NCBI GenBank assembly: GCA_024401335.1
Contig: JAKSLH010000004.1
Span: forward strand, 37,122 to 101,121
Source of the DNA: Bacteroidales bacterium
GTDB lineage: Bacteria > Bacteroidota > Bacteroidia > Bacteroidales > Marinilabiliaceae
Direction: 5' to 3'
DNA: 64,000 bases
A program made the position numbers and the translations under genes. Positions 9,829-20,292 of this stretch are shown one piece after another. A model generated the notes under the pieces. That model ran no database searches, was not told the DNA's origin, and worked only from the letters and a program-made list of their open reading frames with translations. Every line of letters starts with the position of its first letter. The stretch's first letter is position 1.

Positions 9829-12800
9829 TTAGAATGTTACGTTCACACCGAATACAACTTTTCTAGAGTTAGGATATGAGCCCTTATCAACACCAAGAGC
9901 ATTACCTACACCTGTAACTTCTGGGTCGAAGCCTGGATAATCAGTGAATGTGAAGAAGTCTTCAAGAGAGCCGTAAACACGAACATTATCAATTGAAAGG
10001 CTCTTAAGCAAATCCTTTGGAATAGTATAACCGAGCTGAATCTGCTTGATCTTGAAGAATGAGCCGTCATATACCATAGCATCAGATGTCATGTAAGCAT
10101 CCATGCCGTTAGCACCTGCACGTGGGTTTGTAGCCTTTGCATTCTGCTCAGTTGTATTAGTCTTCTTCCAACGGTTGTCAGTTAAAGCAGTGAGCTTATT
10201 TACATAGTAGTCTGTACGGTTCAAGCAGCAGAAGATATCGTTACCTACAGAACCAGTACCGAACACGATAGCATCAAAGCCCTTGTATGCAGCAGTAAGA
10301 GTTATACCATAATTGAAATCAGCCATACCTTTGCCGATTTGTGTCTTATCGTTTGCTGTTGGATTATCAGTTATATCACCCGACTTAGTATAGAAGAGAG
10401 GGTCACCTGTTTCCTTATTTATACCAGCGAACTTATAGCCGTAGAAGTACCAAGCTGGCTTACCAACCTCAAAACGAGTGATTGCACCGTATGTGTGGAA
10501 TGTAGCGCCATCGATAGCGTCGAGAGACTCATGGATATAAGTAACCTCATTCTTAAGAGTAGCAAGGTTACCGCGAACACCATAAGTCAAATCACCTATC
10601 TTATCCTGCCAACCAACTTCAAACTCGAAACCTTTGTTTGTGATGTTACCTGCATTGACCGGAGAAGCAGTGTTACCAACTACTGTAGATGGAGTGATAC
10701 CTGATACGATAAGGTCCTTAGTCTCCTTATTGAAGTAGTCAACAGAGAAAGATATCTTATTGTTTAAGAAGCGAGCATCAACACCGAAGTTAGTCTGCTG
10801 AGAAGTCTCCCACTTGAGCTGATTATTACCAGTTGATGAAGGAGCATAACCAACTTCCCAAGAGTTACCATTCCAATAAGAACCTGTAGAAGCGATTACT
10901 GTAGCATAAGAATATCCACCGAGAGAAGCAGTTGAACCATTCTGACCCCAAGATACACGAATCTTCAACTGATCGAGCCAATCCTTAGTATTGTCCATGA
11001 AGCTTTCCTGGCTGATAGTCCAACCTGCCGACGCTGCAGGGAAGTAACCCCAACGCTTAGGCTGTGGAAGAACAGAAAGGTCGGCTGCATCAGCACGGAG
11101 AGAGAACTGTGCCATATACTTGCCCTGGTAGTCCCAATTCAAACGACCGAAGTATGCGAGCTTCTTATTATATAATGGCTCACCACCGTTGAGTGACTTA
11201 GAAGCACTTGAAGTAGCATATGAGAAATACCAGAAGAGAGGATCATCCTGCTTTACACCCTTATCGTCACTACCAGTATAGCTGCCGTTCACATCAAAGC
11301 TACGACTTGTACTCTGAGAGTGACCGAGCATGATACCTACATTGTGATCACCAAAGTTTCTATTATAGTTCAAGAAATTCTCCCACTGATAATAGATTGG
11401 GTGAGAAGCACCAGCATTTAGAGAAACTACAGGAGTACCCATATTAGGGCTGGCCTGATAGTCTTGACCTACACCATAACTCTCTCCACCGCTAAGACGA
11501 TACGAAAGACGTGTAGTAGCAACAAGACCTTCGATTGGAGTAAAGTTGAGTGAAGTAGTACCATTGATGTTGTGACCACGGTACTCACTGAACGAAGCAT
11601 CACGCTGCACCAATGGATTGGTTGTATTAGAAGTGATAAATGGTGAAAGACCATAAATATGACCATTCTTATCACGGAGCACCTCACCATATTCATTATT
11701 GTTCATAAGTGAAACTACATGATCAGGCAACTTGCTGTCGTCCTCGTAGCACACAGGAGTGAGAGGGTCAAACTGAATGACAGAAAGGAGTGGAGAACCA
11801 TACTCATTACCCTCGCCAACGCTACGAGTCTTATAGTATTCGATCTGGTTATTAGTACTAATTTCAAGCCATCTCTTAACCTTCCAACTAGCATTAACCA
11901 TGCCTGTAACACGCTGATAAATATCCTGATCACCAGCCAACATACCATTGTTATTTAAGTATGAAAGAGAGACATACATGCTACCAAGCTCAGTACCGGC
12001 CTGGAATGTAGCATTGTGACGTTGCATAATAGAGCGTTCGAAAGATTCCTTCGCCCAGTTTGTATTAGTCTTGAAGTCCCAGTTCTTATAGAAGTTTTCA
12101 AGAGTAATGAAGCCTGGCTCAGTGAAGTATTCTATATACTGCTCAGCATTCATCACCTCTGGAACCTTAGCCATGCTCTGAGTTGTGAGCTGGTATTCGT
12201 AAGTAATCTTGCCATCACCCTTACCTTTTCTAGTAGATATAAGGATAACACCGTTTCCTGCAGCTGCACCATATATAGCGGCTGAAGCACCATCCTTAAG
12301 AACTTCAATTGATTCGATATCGTTAGGGTCGATACCACCGATATCATTTGAAATACGACCATCAACCACATAAAGTGGAGAAGAATCACCGTTGGAACTA
12401 ATACCACGGATACGAACCGATGGGCTTGCACCTGGCTTAGCAGATGAGCTGAACACCTGAACGCCGGCTGTCTTACCCTGCAATGCCTGATTAGCATTTG
12501 TAATAGTACGAGCCTGCATATCTTCGCTCTTAACCTGGCTAACTGCACCTGTTACGGAACTCTTCTTCTGAATACCGTAACCAACAACTACCACGTCTTC
12601 GAGGTCGAGTGTATCCTCTTCAAGGACAACCTTCAAGTTGTTGGCTGCAGGAACTTCCTGATTGCTGTATCCCAAGAAAGACACCAATAAAGTAGCGCCT
12701 TCTTCAGCGGTGATGGAATAATTACCATCGAAGTCGGTAACAGTACCAATAGAAGTACCCTTTACCATGATTGTGGCTCCAATCACTGGATCGCCGTTTT

Positions 12801-12927
12801 CGTCTACAACTGTACCTTTAAATGTTTTAGCCTGTGCTGAAGCCAGTACAGGGAACATCACAGCCAAGCAGACGATCGCTAGAAGCATTCGAAATGCATT
12901 ACTAACATTTTTCTGATAGTTTTTCAT
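9829..12927 (-). CDS. susC: SusC/RagA family TonB-dependent outer membrane transporter
   Basis: 1032 aa with an N-terminal carboxypeptidase-regulatory-like domain (FKGTVVDENGDPVIGATIMVKGTSIGTVTDFDGNYS), a plug (IESIEVLKDGASAAIYGAAAGNGVILI) and a C-terminal ...FGVNVTF. Confidence 0.92.
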   Translation of the reverse strand: MKNYQKNVSNAFRMLLAIVCLAVMFPVLASAQAKTFKGTVVDENGDPVIGATIMVKGTSIGTVTDFDGNYSITAEEGATLLVSFLGYSNQEVPAANNLKVVLEEDTLDLEDVVVVGYGIQKKSSVTGAVSQVKSEDMQARTITNANQALQGKTAGVQVFSSSAKPGASPSVRIRGISSNGDSSPLYVVDGRISNDIGGIDPNDIESIEVLKDGASAAIYGAAAGNGVILISTRKGKGDGKITYEYQLTTQSMAKVPEVMNAEQYIEYFTEPGFITLENFYKNWDFKTNTNWAKESFERSIMQRHNATFQAGTELGSMYVSLSYLNNNGMLAGDQDIYQRVTGMVNASWKVKRWLEISTNNQIEYYKTRSVGEGNEYGSPLLSVIQFDPLTPVCYEDDSKLPDHVVSLMNNNEYGEVLRDKNGHIYGLSPFITSNTTNPLVQRDASFSEYRGHNINGTTSLNFTPIEGLVATTRLSYRLSGGESYGVGQDYQASPNMGTPVVSLNAGASHPIYYQWENFLNYNRNFGDHNVGIMLGHSQSTSRSFDVNGSYTGSDDKGVKQDDPLFWYFSYATSSASKSLNGGEPLYNKKLAYFGRLNWDYQGKYMAQFSLRADAADLSVLPQPKRWGYFPAASAGWTISQESFMDNTKDWLDQLKIRVSWGQNGSTASLGGYSYATVIASTGSYWNGNSWEVGYAPSSTGNNQLKWETSQQTNFGVDARFLNNKISFSVDYFNKETKDLIVSGITPSTVVGNTASPVNAGNITNKGFEFEVGWQDKIGDLTYGVRGNLATLKNEVTYIHESLDAIDGATFHTYGAITRFEVGKPAWYFYGYKFAGINKETGDPLFYTKSGDITDNPTANDKTQIGKGMADFNYGITLTAAYKGFDAIVFGTGSVGNDIFCCLNRTDYYVNKLTALTDNRWKKTNTTEQNAKATNPRAGANGMDAYMTSDAMVYDGSFFKIKQIQLGYTIPKDLLKSLSIDNVRVYGSLEDFFTFTDYPGFDPEVTGVGNALGVDKGSYPNSRKVVFGVNVTF

Positions 12928-12970
12928 TGTGATTATTATTGGTTAACGACTGTTATTAATTTTCACATTG

Positions 12971-12978
12971 CAAACATA
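12971..12978 (-). promoter_or_regulatory. Bacteroidetes-type -7 promoter box (TAtgTTTG) for susC operon
   Basis: The minus strand reads TATGTTTG about 45 bp upstream of the susC ATG. No clear -33 TTTG, as expected for an activator-dependent promoter. Confidence 0.45.
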
Positions 12979-13010
12979 GAAATTAAACATGTTTTAACGC
13001 TTTCGGATGT

Positions 13011-13057
13011 GTTCAAAAAGGTTTTCTACACGTTCAACGATTTGCGTATTTGTTCAA
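13011..13057. promoter_or_regulatory. three GTTCAA direct repeats spaced 21 and 20 bp (candidate HTCS operator)
   Basis: GTTCAA occurs at 13011, 13032 and 13052 in the divergent susC/HTCS intergenic region. This is upstream of the putative susC -7 box. Confidence 0.35.
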
Positions 13058-13151
13058 AAAACGCCATAAAAAGCCCATTTTCTATTGCATTAGCCCATTT
13101 TTTAGTAAATTTATATCGTCAAACAACACGATTAACACATCTTTAGAACTA

Positions 13152-16100
13152 ATGAAAAAACTGTTACTATATCTGACCGCATTTTTTATAACTATTTCAC
13201 AATTCGGATGCACATCAGAAAACGAAACGGCAACAACAATAACAGACATTCATATATCGTCGACGCTATCGAACCAACGCATCATGGGCATCACCCAAGA
13301 TGGAGACGGATACATGTGGTTTGGCACATACAGAGGCTTGAACAGATACAACGGCCATGAGATGCATCAATATTTCTGTGACGACAAGCCAAACAGCATT
13401 CCAGACAACCAGATAAGAGCCGTTTATACCGACCACAACGGAGACCTATGGGTCGCCACCAAGAACGGCATAGCGAAACACACAGAACAAGACGACTTTG
13501 AACAAATACCTATACATTCACAAGGGAAGTTCATCATAAAATTTGCCGAAGACAAAAGCAACAACTTATATGCATTTGAGACGAACAGTGTACTGCAATA
13601 TGACACAGCAAGACATTCCTTTGAACTAGTGATGAGCAACATAGAACGCGACAACTATATCAACTACGGTTCGTTCTTTGACTCTGAAGACAAGCTATGG
13701 ATAATCAACAGGACATCAGCGATATGCTATAACATAAGATACAAGCAGATCATCAACCGCATAAACCTACCAGGCTTGTCGGTTCAGACTGCAGAACTCA
13801 TAGGAGACGAGCTTTGGATTGGCAACGATGGTAACTTCTTGATATATAACGTCAAGGAGCAAGAATGGGAAGACATACCAGAAATATTCAAGAGACATCC
13901 GAAATTCAAGAACCTGTATATCGACTGTATAAAGAAGATATACGACAACAACGTCCTTATCGGAACGCTGGACGGTCTATTCATATACAACCAGGACAAG
14001 AAAACACTCGTTCACGAAAGTGAAGCCAACTTCCCTTTTAAGGCGCCAAACTTCAATGTGACCGACGCATTTACCGACGCAGATGGCAACCTATGGCTAA
14101 GTTCAGAATCGAAAGGATTCTTTGTTTACACAAGGGCCAGCAACCAGTTCAGCTCAAACAACTATCTGAGAACAACGTTTATGGACAAGCCCGTGTCATC
14201 GATAGCTGTTGATCCATATGAAAAGATATGGGTAGCTGAGCAACATGACAGGATCTATAGATACGACCCAGAGACCAACGACATGATAGAATTTGAGCTG
14301 TCGAAGGTCTCGCCAACGATGTATAACGAGCGAATACGCATTTATTACATATACCCGGACAGTCATGGAGATATATGGGTATCATGCTTGCCTAAGGGAC
14401 TGCTACAGCTACGCTACGAGAACAACCAATTGAGGCTCATTGGCATTCACGACGTCGGCATGGCAATTGTCATATCGGAAGACAAAAACGGCACAATCTG
14501 GATAGGATGCTACAACAGCAACTACTACACTAAGAAAGCAGGCGACAAGACTTTCGAGGCGCATCGTCTGTTTAACAACACATTCACCTACCTGGCTTGC
14601 CTAAAACAGCTGCGCAACGGCAAATTCGCTGCACTCATTAAAGAGCAGTGTCTAAGGTATGCTGATCTGGACAAAAACGAGCTTACGCCACCTGTGATAC
14701 CAGACTCGACGCTGGAGAAATGTATAGAACGCAATGTATTCCTGCCATCGGCTCTATTGGAGGATCACCTAGGTAATCTATGGATAGGCACTGTCAGCAA
14801 TGGTCTTATGCGCTACGACCCATATACAGGAGAACTTACAAACATCGAGGGTATAACATGCGAAGACATTTGTAGTATAGAAGAGGACCAACAGGGCAAC
14901 ATATGGGTAAGTACGCAATTCGGCCTGGCCAAATACAACACAGCGACAAACATCGCAATAAACTACTACAGGAGTGACGGCATAGGCGGAAACGAGTTCT
15001 ATGACCGTACGTCGTGCCAGCTAGCAGACGGAACACTGATATTTGGCGGAGCACATGGACTCACTGTATTCAACCCGACACAGCTCAAAGAGACATCTGA
15101 CATAAGACTATATTTTGAAGACTTAAAAATACACAATCAAGTTGTACGCCCTTCGCAAAGCGCCAGCATAAGCAAATCATTGAGATCGGCAGAAGAAATA
15201 AAGCTAAACCACCACGAGAATAGCTTCAGCATATCGTTTGCTGCACTCGACTACTGTGGTGACGACCGTTTCTCATATCAATACATACTAGACGGATTCA
15301 ACGACGAATGGGTAGATGCACACAATATCCGTGAGGCGTTCTACGCAAACCTCAAGCCAAAGAACTACACATTCAGAGTGCGTCTGACAAACAAAGACCA
15401 CACACAGGTTCTTGTAGAGAAGGCCATTGCTGTAAAGATCTCTCCTGCACCATGGGCTACATGGTGGGCAGAAATGATATACGCATTTGTTTCGGTAGGC
15501 CTTATACTGTTCATATTCCATCTGTACATGCGTTTGCACATGGAGCAATGGACTCGTCAGCAGTCAGAACGCGAGAAAGAGCACGAGAAACACGTGAACA
15601 GGATGAATATGAGCTACTTCGCAAACGTATCACACGAGTTCAGAACACCGCTCACAATCATCTCGGGTCCAATAACACAACTTGTCAACGACGAAAGCGT
15701 TTCTGCTGATCATCATGCATTACTATGCATAGTGCAACGAAGCGTCAACAGGATGCTCAGACTAGTAAACCAGATGCTTGACTTCCACAAACTTGAAGAC
15801 GACGCACTTCGTCTGCAAGTTAAGCACCAAGATATCATAGGACTGCTAAAGAACTCTGCAGAAGCCATTGCCCTACAAGCCCATGAAAAGAACATAGAGT
15901 TCAACACTATAGGACTTGAAGACAACTTCCTCGTATGGATGGATGCAGATAAGATGGAAAAGATAATGTATAACCTATTAGGCAATGCAGTAAAATACAC
16001 ACAATCAGGAGGACGAATAGACCTGTCATTTGACGTCATTTCGCAACAGAAAGTAGCAGAGCAATTCCCTATATCAGACAAGAACAACGACACTAAATAT

Positions 16101-17201
16101 ATAAAGATCACAGTAACGGATAACGGATCGGGCATTCCAGACGACAAACTAGAAAAGATATTCGAGCGTTACTATCAGCTCGACAAGCAGTCGAACGGAC
16201 AATTCAACTGGGGAACAGGTATAGGCTTGTACTTTGTAAAGAGACTTGTAACGCTCCATCATGGATATATCAAGGCAGAGAACAGACCAGACGGACATGG
16301 CAGCATATTCAGCTTCATCATTCCTACAAGCGAGAAAGCATACAGCGAAGAAGAGAAAAAATGTGACGAGCCACAAAATCAGTCGGTCCTCTACCCTCTT
16401 GCATCAGTGAACGAAGATGTTGACGATGATAGCATAGAAAAAACAAACGACGACCGTCAGAACATTCTAGTTATAGATGACGACGTAGAGATAGTGCATT
16501 ACGTCAAGACTCTCCTAGGAAGTAAATATAACGTAACAAGCCGTTTCGACGCAGAATCGGGATTGACTCTAGTGAACGACAAGGCACCGGACCTCATACT
16601 ATGCGATGTAATGATGGGAGGCAAGACAGGTTATGAATTCTGCTACGAGGTAAAGAACGACATACAGATATGCCACATTCCAGTGATACTAGTCACAGCC
16701 AAGACCACAACCCAAGACCAAGTGAAGGGCCTCGACTGTGGAGCAGACGCATACGTGACAAAGCCATTTGATCCAACATATCTTCAGGCGCTTATCGGTA
16801 GTATATTGCAGAATCGTGAGAAGGTTCGTCACTTGTTGGGAGAAACAACACAAACAGAAAAACTGGAGGAGAATGTGCTTTCGCCACAAGACAACTCTTT
16901 TATGACAGAACTCTATAAGATAATGGAGCAAGAGCTGGCGAATCCGGAAATCGACGTAACACACATGACAGACCTGCTCCACATATCAAGAACCAAGCTC
17001 TACTACAAAGTAAAGGGATTGACAGGAGAGAATCCTAGCATATTCTTCAAGAGATACAAGCTGAACCGAGCTGCTGAACTTATAAAAGAGGGCAAATATA
17101 ACTTCTCAGAGATAGCAGACATGACAGGATTCAGTACACTATCACATTTCTCGACAAGTTTCAAGAAGCAATTTGGAGTGTCTCCAAGTGAATACAAGTA
17201 G
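13152..17201 (+). CDS. hybrid two-component system sensor kinase/response regulator with AraC-type HTH (HTCS)
   Basis: Periplasmic beta-propeller repeats, TM segment, H-box SHEFRTPLT, HATPase (TDNGSGIP), receiver (ILVIDDD...LILCDVMMGG) and a C-terminal AraC HTH. The ATG at 13152 gives MKKLLLYLTAFF..., which I prefer over the upstream TTG at 13050. Confidence 0.9.
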   Translation: MKKLLLYLTAFFITISQFGCTSENETATTITDIHISSTLSNQRIMGITQDGDGYMWFGTYRGLNRYNGHEMHQYFCDDKPNSIPDNQIRAVYTDHNGDLWVATKNGIAKHTEQDDFEQIPIHSQGKFIIKFAEDKSNNLYAFETNSVLQYDTARHSFELVMSNIERDNYINYGSFFDSEDKLWIINRTSAICYNIRYKQIINRINLPGLSVQTAELIGDELWIGNDGNFLIYNVKEQEWEDIPEIFKRHPKFKNLYIDCIKKIYDNNVLIGTLDGLFIYNQDKKTLVHESEANFPFKAPNFNVTDAFTDADGNLWLSSESKGFFVYTRASNQFSSNNYLRTTFMDKPVSSIAVDPYEKIWVAEQHDRIYRYDPETNDMIEFELSKVSPTMYNERIRIYYIYPDSHGDIWVSCLPKGLLQLRYENNQLRLIGIHDVGMAIVISEDKNGTIWIGCYNSNYYTKKAGDKTFEAHRLFNNTFTYLACLKQLRNGKFAALIKEQCLRYADLDKNELTPPVIPDSTLEKCIERNVFLPSALLEDHLGNLWIGTVSNGLMRYDPYTGELTNIEGITCEDICSIEEDQQGNIWVSTQFGLAKYNTATNIAINYYRSDGIGGNEFYDRTSCQLADGTLIFGGAHGLTVFNPTQLKETSDIRLYFEDLKIHNQVVRPSQSASISKSLRSAEEIKLNHHENSFSISFAALDYCGDDRFSYQYILDGFNDEWVDAHNIREAFYANLKPKNYTFRVRLTNKDHTQVLVEKAIAVKISPAPWATWWAEMIYAFVSVGLILFIFHLYMRLHMEQWTRQQSEREKEHEKHVNRMNMSYFANVSHEFRTPLTIISGPITQLVNDESVSADHHALLCIVQRSVNRMLRLVNQMLDFHKLEDDALRLQVKHQDIIGLLKNSAEAIALQAHEKNIEFNTIGLEDNFLVWMDADKMEKIMYNLLGNAVKYTQSGGRIDLSFDVISQQKVAEQFPISDKNNDTKYIKITVTDNGSGIPDDKLEKIFERYYQLDKQSNGQFNWGTGIGLYFVKRLVTLHHGYIKAENRPDGHGSIFSFIIPTSEKAYSEEEKKCDEPQNQSVLYPLASVNEDVDDDSIEKTNDDRQNILVIDDDVEIVHYVKTLLGSKYNVTSRFDAESGLTLVNDKAPDLILCDVMMGGKTGYEFCYEVKNDIQICHIPVILVTAKTTTQDQVKGLDCGADAYVTKPFDPTYLQALIGSILQNREKVRHLLGETTQTEKLEENVLSPQDNSFMTELYKIMEQELANPEIDVTHMTDLLHISRTKLYYKVKGLTGENPSIFFKRYKLNRAAELIKEGKYNFSEIADMTGFSTLSHFSTSFKKQFGVSPSEYK

Positions 17202-17227
17202 GATCAAGCATAATTTTTCAACAAACA

Positions 17228-17259
17228 TTTGGATAATTAAAAACTAAGCAATAATTTTG
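17228..17259 (+). promoter_or_regulatory. Bacteroidetes sigma-A type promoter (TTTG-N20-TAatTTTG) for tRNA-Ser
   Basis: TTTG at 17228-17231 and TAATTTTG at 17252-17259, about 35 bp upstream of the tRNA 5' end. Confidence 0.5.
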
Positions 17260-17293
17260 CAACGTCTTTGAAAGACAAAGCACATTAATTATT

Positions 17294-17378
17294 GGAGAGA
17301 TGGCAGAGTGGTCGAATGCACCGGTCTTGAAAACCGGCATACCGCGAGGTATCCGGGGTTCGAATCCCTGTCTCTCCG
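17294..17378 (+). tRNA. tRNA-Ser (anticodon UGA)
   Basis: Acceptor stem GGAGAGA/TCTCTCC. Anticodon stem-loop CCGGT-CTTGAAA-ACCGG. Long class II variable arm. T-loop GGTTCGAATCC. Confidence 0.9.
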
Positions 17379-17465
17379 CAGAAATGACGGACAAGGCTCA
17401 CAATGAACTTTGTCCGTCTTTTATTTGATAACGACATCCCAGCGGGATTATCCATAATATTACAG

Positions 17466-18377
17466 ATGAAAACAAAAGCCCTCTGCATACTTGTTGGCGC
17501 CGCAATCATGGCATTATTCAGCCTATTTACTAACTATACTAATCGAATAGAGACAAACGCAGAAGAGACTCAAGCAGTGAACCTGCCACACAGCACATAT
17601 CTCCCCGCCATACCGGACACAATAACGTTATTTGGAGAATTAATGCCCATAGATAGGCAAGACGTAGCAGAATCGATAGAACGAGAGATGCTGACCAACA
17701 CGTTCTGGCACACAAACACAATGCTCGTAATAAAGCGTTCGAAGCGCATATTCGACGTAATAGATCCTATTCTCAGCGAGATGAACATACCATCCGACTT
17801 CAGATATCTGGCGGTAGCAGAGAGTAATCTATGGGTCGGATCGAAATCACCTGCTGGAGCTGTAGGTCTTTGGCAGATACTTGAAACGACAGGCAAAGAG
17901 CTTGGACTTGAGATAAATGACGAGGTAGATCAGCGCTACGACATAGAAAAGAGCACATACGCAGCATGCAAATTCCTAAAACGAGCATACGACTCACTTG
18001 GTTCTTGGGCATTGGTTGCCGCTGCATATAACGGAGGTCAAGGCAGAGTAAGCAAGAATAAGAGCAACCAGATGCAAGACTCGTACTACGACATATTGTG
18101 GGCAGAGGAGACAGCAAGATATGTATTCAGAATAGCTGCCTTCAAGATAATAATGAATGATCCAGCAACATACGGATTTAACATCACAGACGAAGACATA
18201 TACGAACCATACCCATCGCGTGACACAGTAGTTAGCACATCGATAGCTAACATAGCACAATTTGCCATTGACCACAACACCACATACAAAGCCATGAAGA
18301 ATCTCAATCCGTGGCTAAGACAAAACAAGCTGACAAACGCGCGTGGTCGCAGCTATACAATAAAGATTCCTGAATAG
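17466..18377 (+). CDS. lytic murein transglycosylase (SLT domain)
   Basis: MKTKALCILVGAAIMALFS signal/anchor. SLT motifs AVAESNLW (catalytic Glu), GLWQI and AAYNGG. The ATG at 17466 is preferred over 17403, which runs close to the upstream tRNA (17294-17378). Confidence 0.8.
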   Translation: MKTKALCILVGAAIMALFSLFTNYTNRIETNAEETQAVNLPHSTYLPAIPDTITLFGELMPIDRQDVAESIEREMLTNTFWHTNTMLVIKRSKRIFDVIDPILSEMNIPSDFRYLAVAESNLWVGSKSPAGAVGLWQILETTGKELGLEINDEVDQRYDIEKSTYAACKFLKRAYDSLGSWALVAAAYNGGQGRVSKNKSNQMQDSYYDILWAEETARYVFRIAAFKIIMNDPATYGFNITDEDIYEPYPSRDTVVSTSIANIAQFAIDHNTTYKAMKNLNPWLRQNKLTNARGRSYTIKIPE

Positions 18378-18378
18378 A

Positions 18379-20256
18379 CTACTTTAGTTCATCGGTAAGG
18401 CACTCCTCGTAGAAAGCCTCAAGAGATCTGTTGAACTCTAGCTTGGACAACTGGCTCCATGACTTGGTCTGAGCTGTAATGTCAACGAATTCTATCTCGA
18501 CGACACGTTTCTTCATAAAGAAAATCGCACCTGTCATGATGAGTCCAAGACTCTTAAGCAACAATCGAAGAAGCGAAGGAGTGGCGTTTAATCTATAGCG
18601 GCTCCATTCACTACCCCATAGTCCACGAATACGTACAGCAACAACATGGGTTTTCTCGGGCAAACTGCCGCAGATGCTATAAGCAAGATGTCGGGCACCT
18701 ATAGTCTCATGACCATCAGTTGTTATATGCCCGGAAGGATAGAACAAAATATTATCGCCCCTATTCAAGCCATCGACCACTATAGAATCGAGTTTCCTCA
18801 CCTGATCTAATCCTCGACGAGACAAACGTAGATCGGGAACCTCAACAGCATCAAACAAGCCAAGCACATGACCAAAGAATGGAAACTTGAAATAGCCCTC
18901 ATCAACCAGAGGCTGTAGTTTCTTGTCATAGAGTTCTGCAAAAAGCATAAGAGGATCGATAACAGCCCTATGCATAGGAAGAACGAGCATATTGTCTCCT
19001 TCAGGCAGATCAAGTGTATCTCGGCCAATAAGCTTTACATCATAATGCAAATGCATGAAGCTACGTCCGAAACAACAGATAGCCTCTTTGTTATCAAAAA
19101 GGAACAACAAAGAAGAAAATCCTATCACGATAGCTAACACAAGAAATACATATCCCGTAGGCAAGAAAGATGTGACAAGCATATTGGTGGCCGACGCCAT
19201 GAAGATGTAGATGAAAGAGACCAGATTGAAATAAGCGAGAACAACATTGAGTTTCTGCGAAGGAACTCGTTTCTGAATCTCAGCATCGAGAGGTATCTTA
19301 AATAATCCACCAACAAAAGCAACAAGAGCGATAACAACGGCAAAGCCAACAGGAGACAGCGGAGCAGCAAAAGCCACCAAGAGGAGCAAAGCATCGATGA
19401 TACCTAACAGAGGCACGTAACCAATCATGAAATACCTATGGTCGAGATAGCCACCCACAAGACAACCGGCAGTGATACCGATAGCTGTAAGGGCTAGAAG
19501 ATAACCAGTCTCAGAAGGCGACATGCCAAGAGCCTCATTACAATAGAGGATAAGGACAATCTGCAACGAAGCAGAGAGCCACCAGAAAAGTGAAAGAAGA
19601 TGTATCACATGATGGAGACCTTTATGCTGGCCAACAAGCTTAGCCGTATCACGAAGGAACACGTAAGGATTGGCAGAAGTGTCGGTATCAGCCTTTTGTT
19701 CATTAGCACGTATGGAAAATGAGGAAACAGCACCCATCACAGCCAACAGCAGCAAAAGAAAATAATAGTAATAGGCATCGGACATCTCAGCCATAAAAGA
19801 AGCTACAACAGTACCAAGCAGCATGCCGAAGAAAGCCACCGCCTCCATGCCTCCCATGCCCTTTGAGACTCCTTCGACACCACCAATATCCTTGATAAGA
19901 CCATATTTGGCAGGTGAATACAGAGCGCTCTGAAGCCCCATAAGAAGAACTGCAGAGAGAGCGAGCCATATATTATGAAAATAGAAACCAGCTATTGCGA
20001 CAAACATGATAGGCAACTCCATCAACTTAGCTGCTCTGAATATGCGTAGCTTAGAGAAAAACTGTGGCAATCGACCTGCCAAAGGCGAGAAAAAGAGATA
20101 GGGCAAAACCAATGCTCCAGCCGTTGCATTGACAACGAGAGACTGGTATTCATCACTAACCCACGCGACCCCGATAAAGCATACAAGTGTCTTCAGCAGG
20201 TTGTCGTTCATCACGCCAAAGATATTTGTGATATAAAGTGGTAGAAATTTCTTCAT
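18379..20256 (-). CDS. MFS transporter fused to PlsC-type acyltransferase (LplT/Aas-like lysophospholipid transporter-acyltransferase)
   Basis: 625 aa. The N-terminal ~400 aa is polytopic and MFS-like. The C-terminal domain carries the HX4D acyltransferase motif (PMHRAVIDPL). Confidence 0.75.
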   Translation of the reverse strand: MKKFLPLYITNIFGVMNDNLLKTLVCFIGVAWVSDEYQSLVVNATAGALVLPYLFFSPLAGRLPQFFSKLRIFRAAKLMELPIMFVAIAGFYFHNIWLALSAVLLMGLQSALYSPAKYGLIKDIGGVEGVSKGMGGMEAVAFFGMLLGTVVASFMAEMSDAYYYYFLLLLLAVMGAVSSFSIRANEQKADTDTSANPYVFLRDTAKLVGQHKGLHHVIHLLSLFWWLSASLQIVLILYCNEALGMSPSETGYLLALTAIGITAGCLVGGYLDHRYFMIGYVPLLGIIDALLLLVAFAAPLSPVGFAVVIALVAFVGGLFKIPLDAEIQKRVPSQKLNVVLAYFNLVSFIYIFMASATNMLVTSFLPTGYVFLVLAIVIGFSSLLFLFDNKEAICCFGRSFMHLHYDVKLIGRDTLDLPEGDNMLVLPMHRAVIDPLMLFAELYDKKLQPLVDEGYFKFPFFGHVLGLFDAVEVPDLRLSRRGLDQVRKLDSIVVDGLNRGDNILFYPSGHITTDGHETIGARHLAYSICGSLPEKTHVVAVRIRGLWGSEWSRYRLNATPSLLRLLLKSLGLIMTGAIFFMKKRVVEIEFVDITAQTKSWSQLSKLEFNRSLEAFYEECLTDELK

Positions 20257-20292
20257 CCGATAAATGGTTAAATTAATACTCGCTACGCATCA

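Noticed and set aside
12986-12993. AACATGTT palindrome within TTAAACATGTTTTAA near the susC promoter, with a similar TTAAACATGTTAAAA at 48247-48254
   Set aside because: There are only two occurrences, both in AT-rich intergenic DNA. The flanks are not symmetric and the contexts are unrelated, so this is likely chance.
13050-13151. N-terminally extended ORF starts in the track (13050 TTG for HTCS; likewise 17403, 22303, 48204, 49809 TTG, 60410 TTG)
   Set aside because: In each case a downstream ATG gives a canonical signal peptide or TM N-terminus. The extensions overlap a neighbouring gene (22303 overlaps menC) or a promoter box, or run close to a neighbouring feature (17403 is 25 bp from the tRNA), or use a rare TTG. 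pbpC at 51683 is the exception and was kept as TTG.
17285-17509. 74-aa minus-strand ORF overlapping the tRNA-Ser gene
   Set aside because: It is the reverse complement of a well-formed tRNA and is a spurious ORF.
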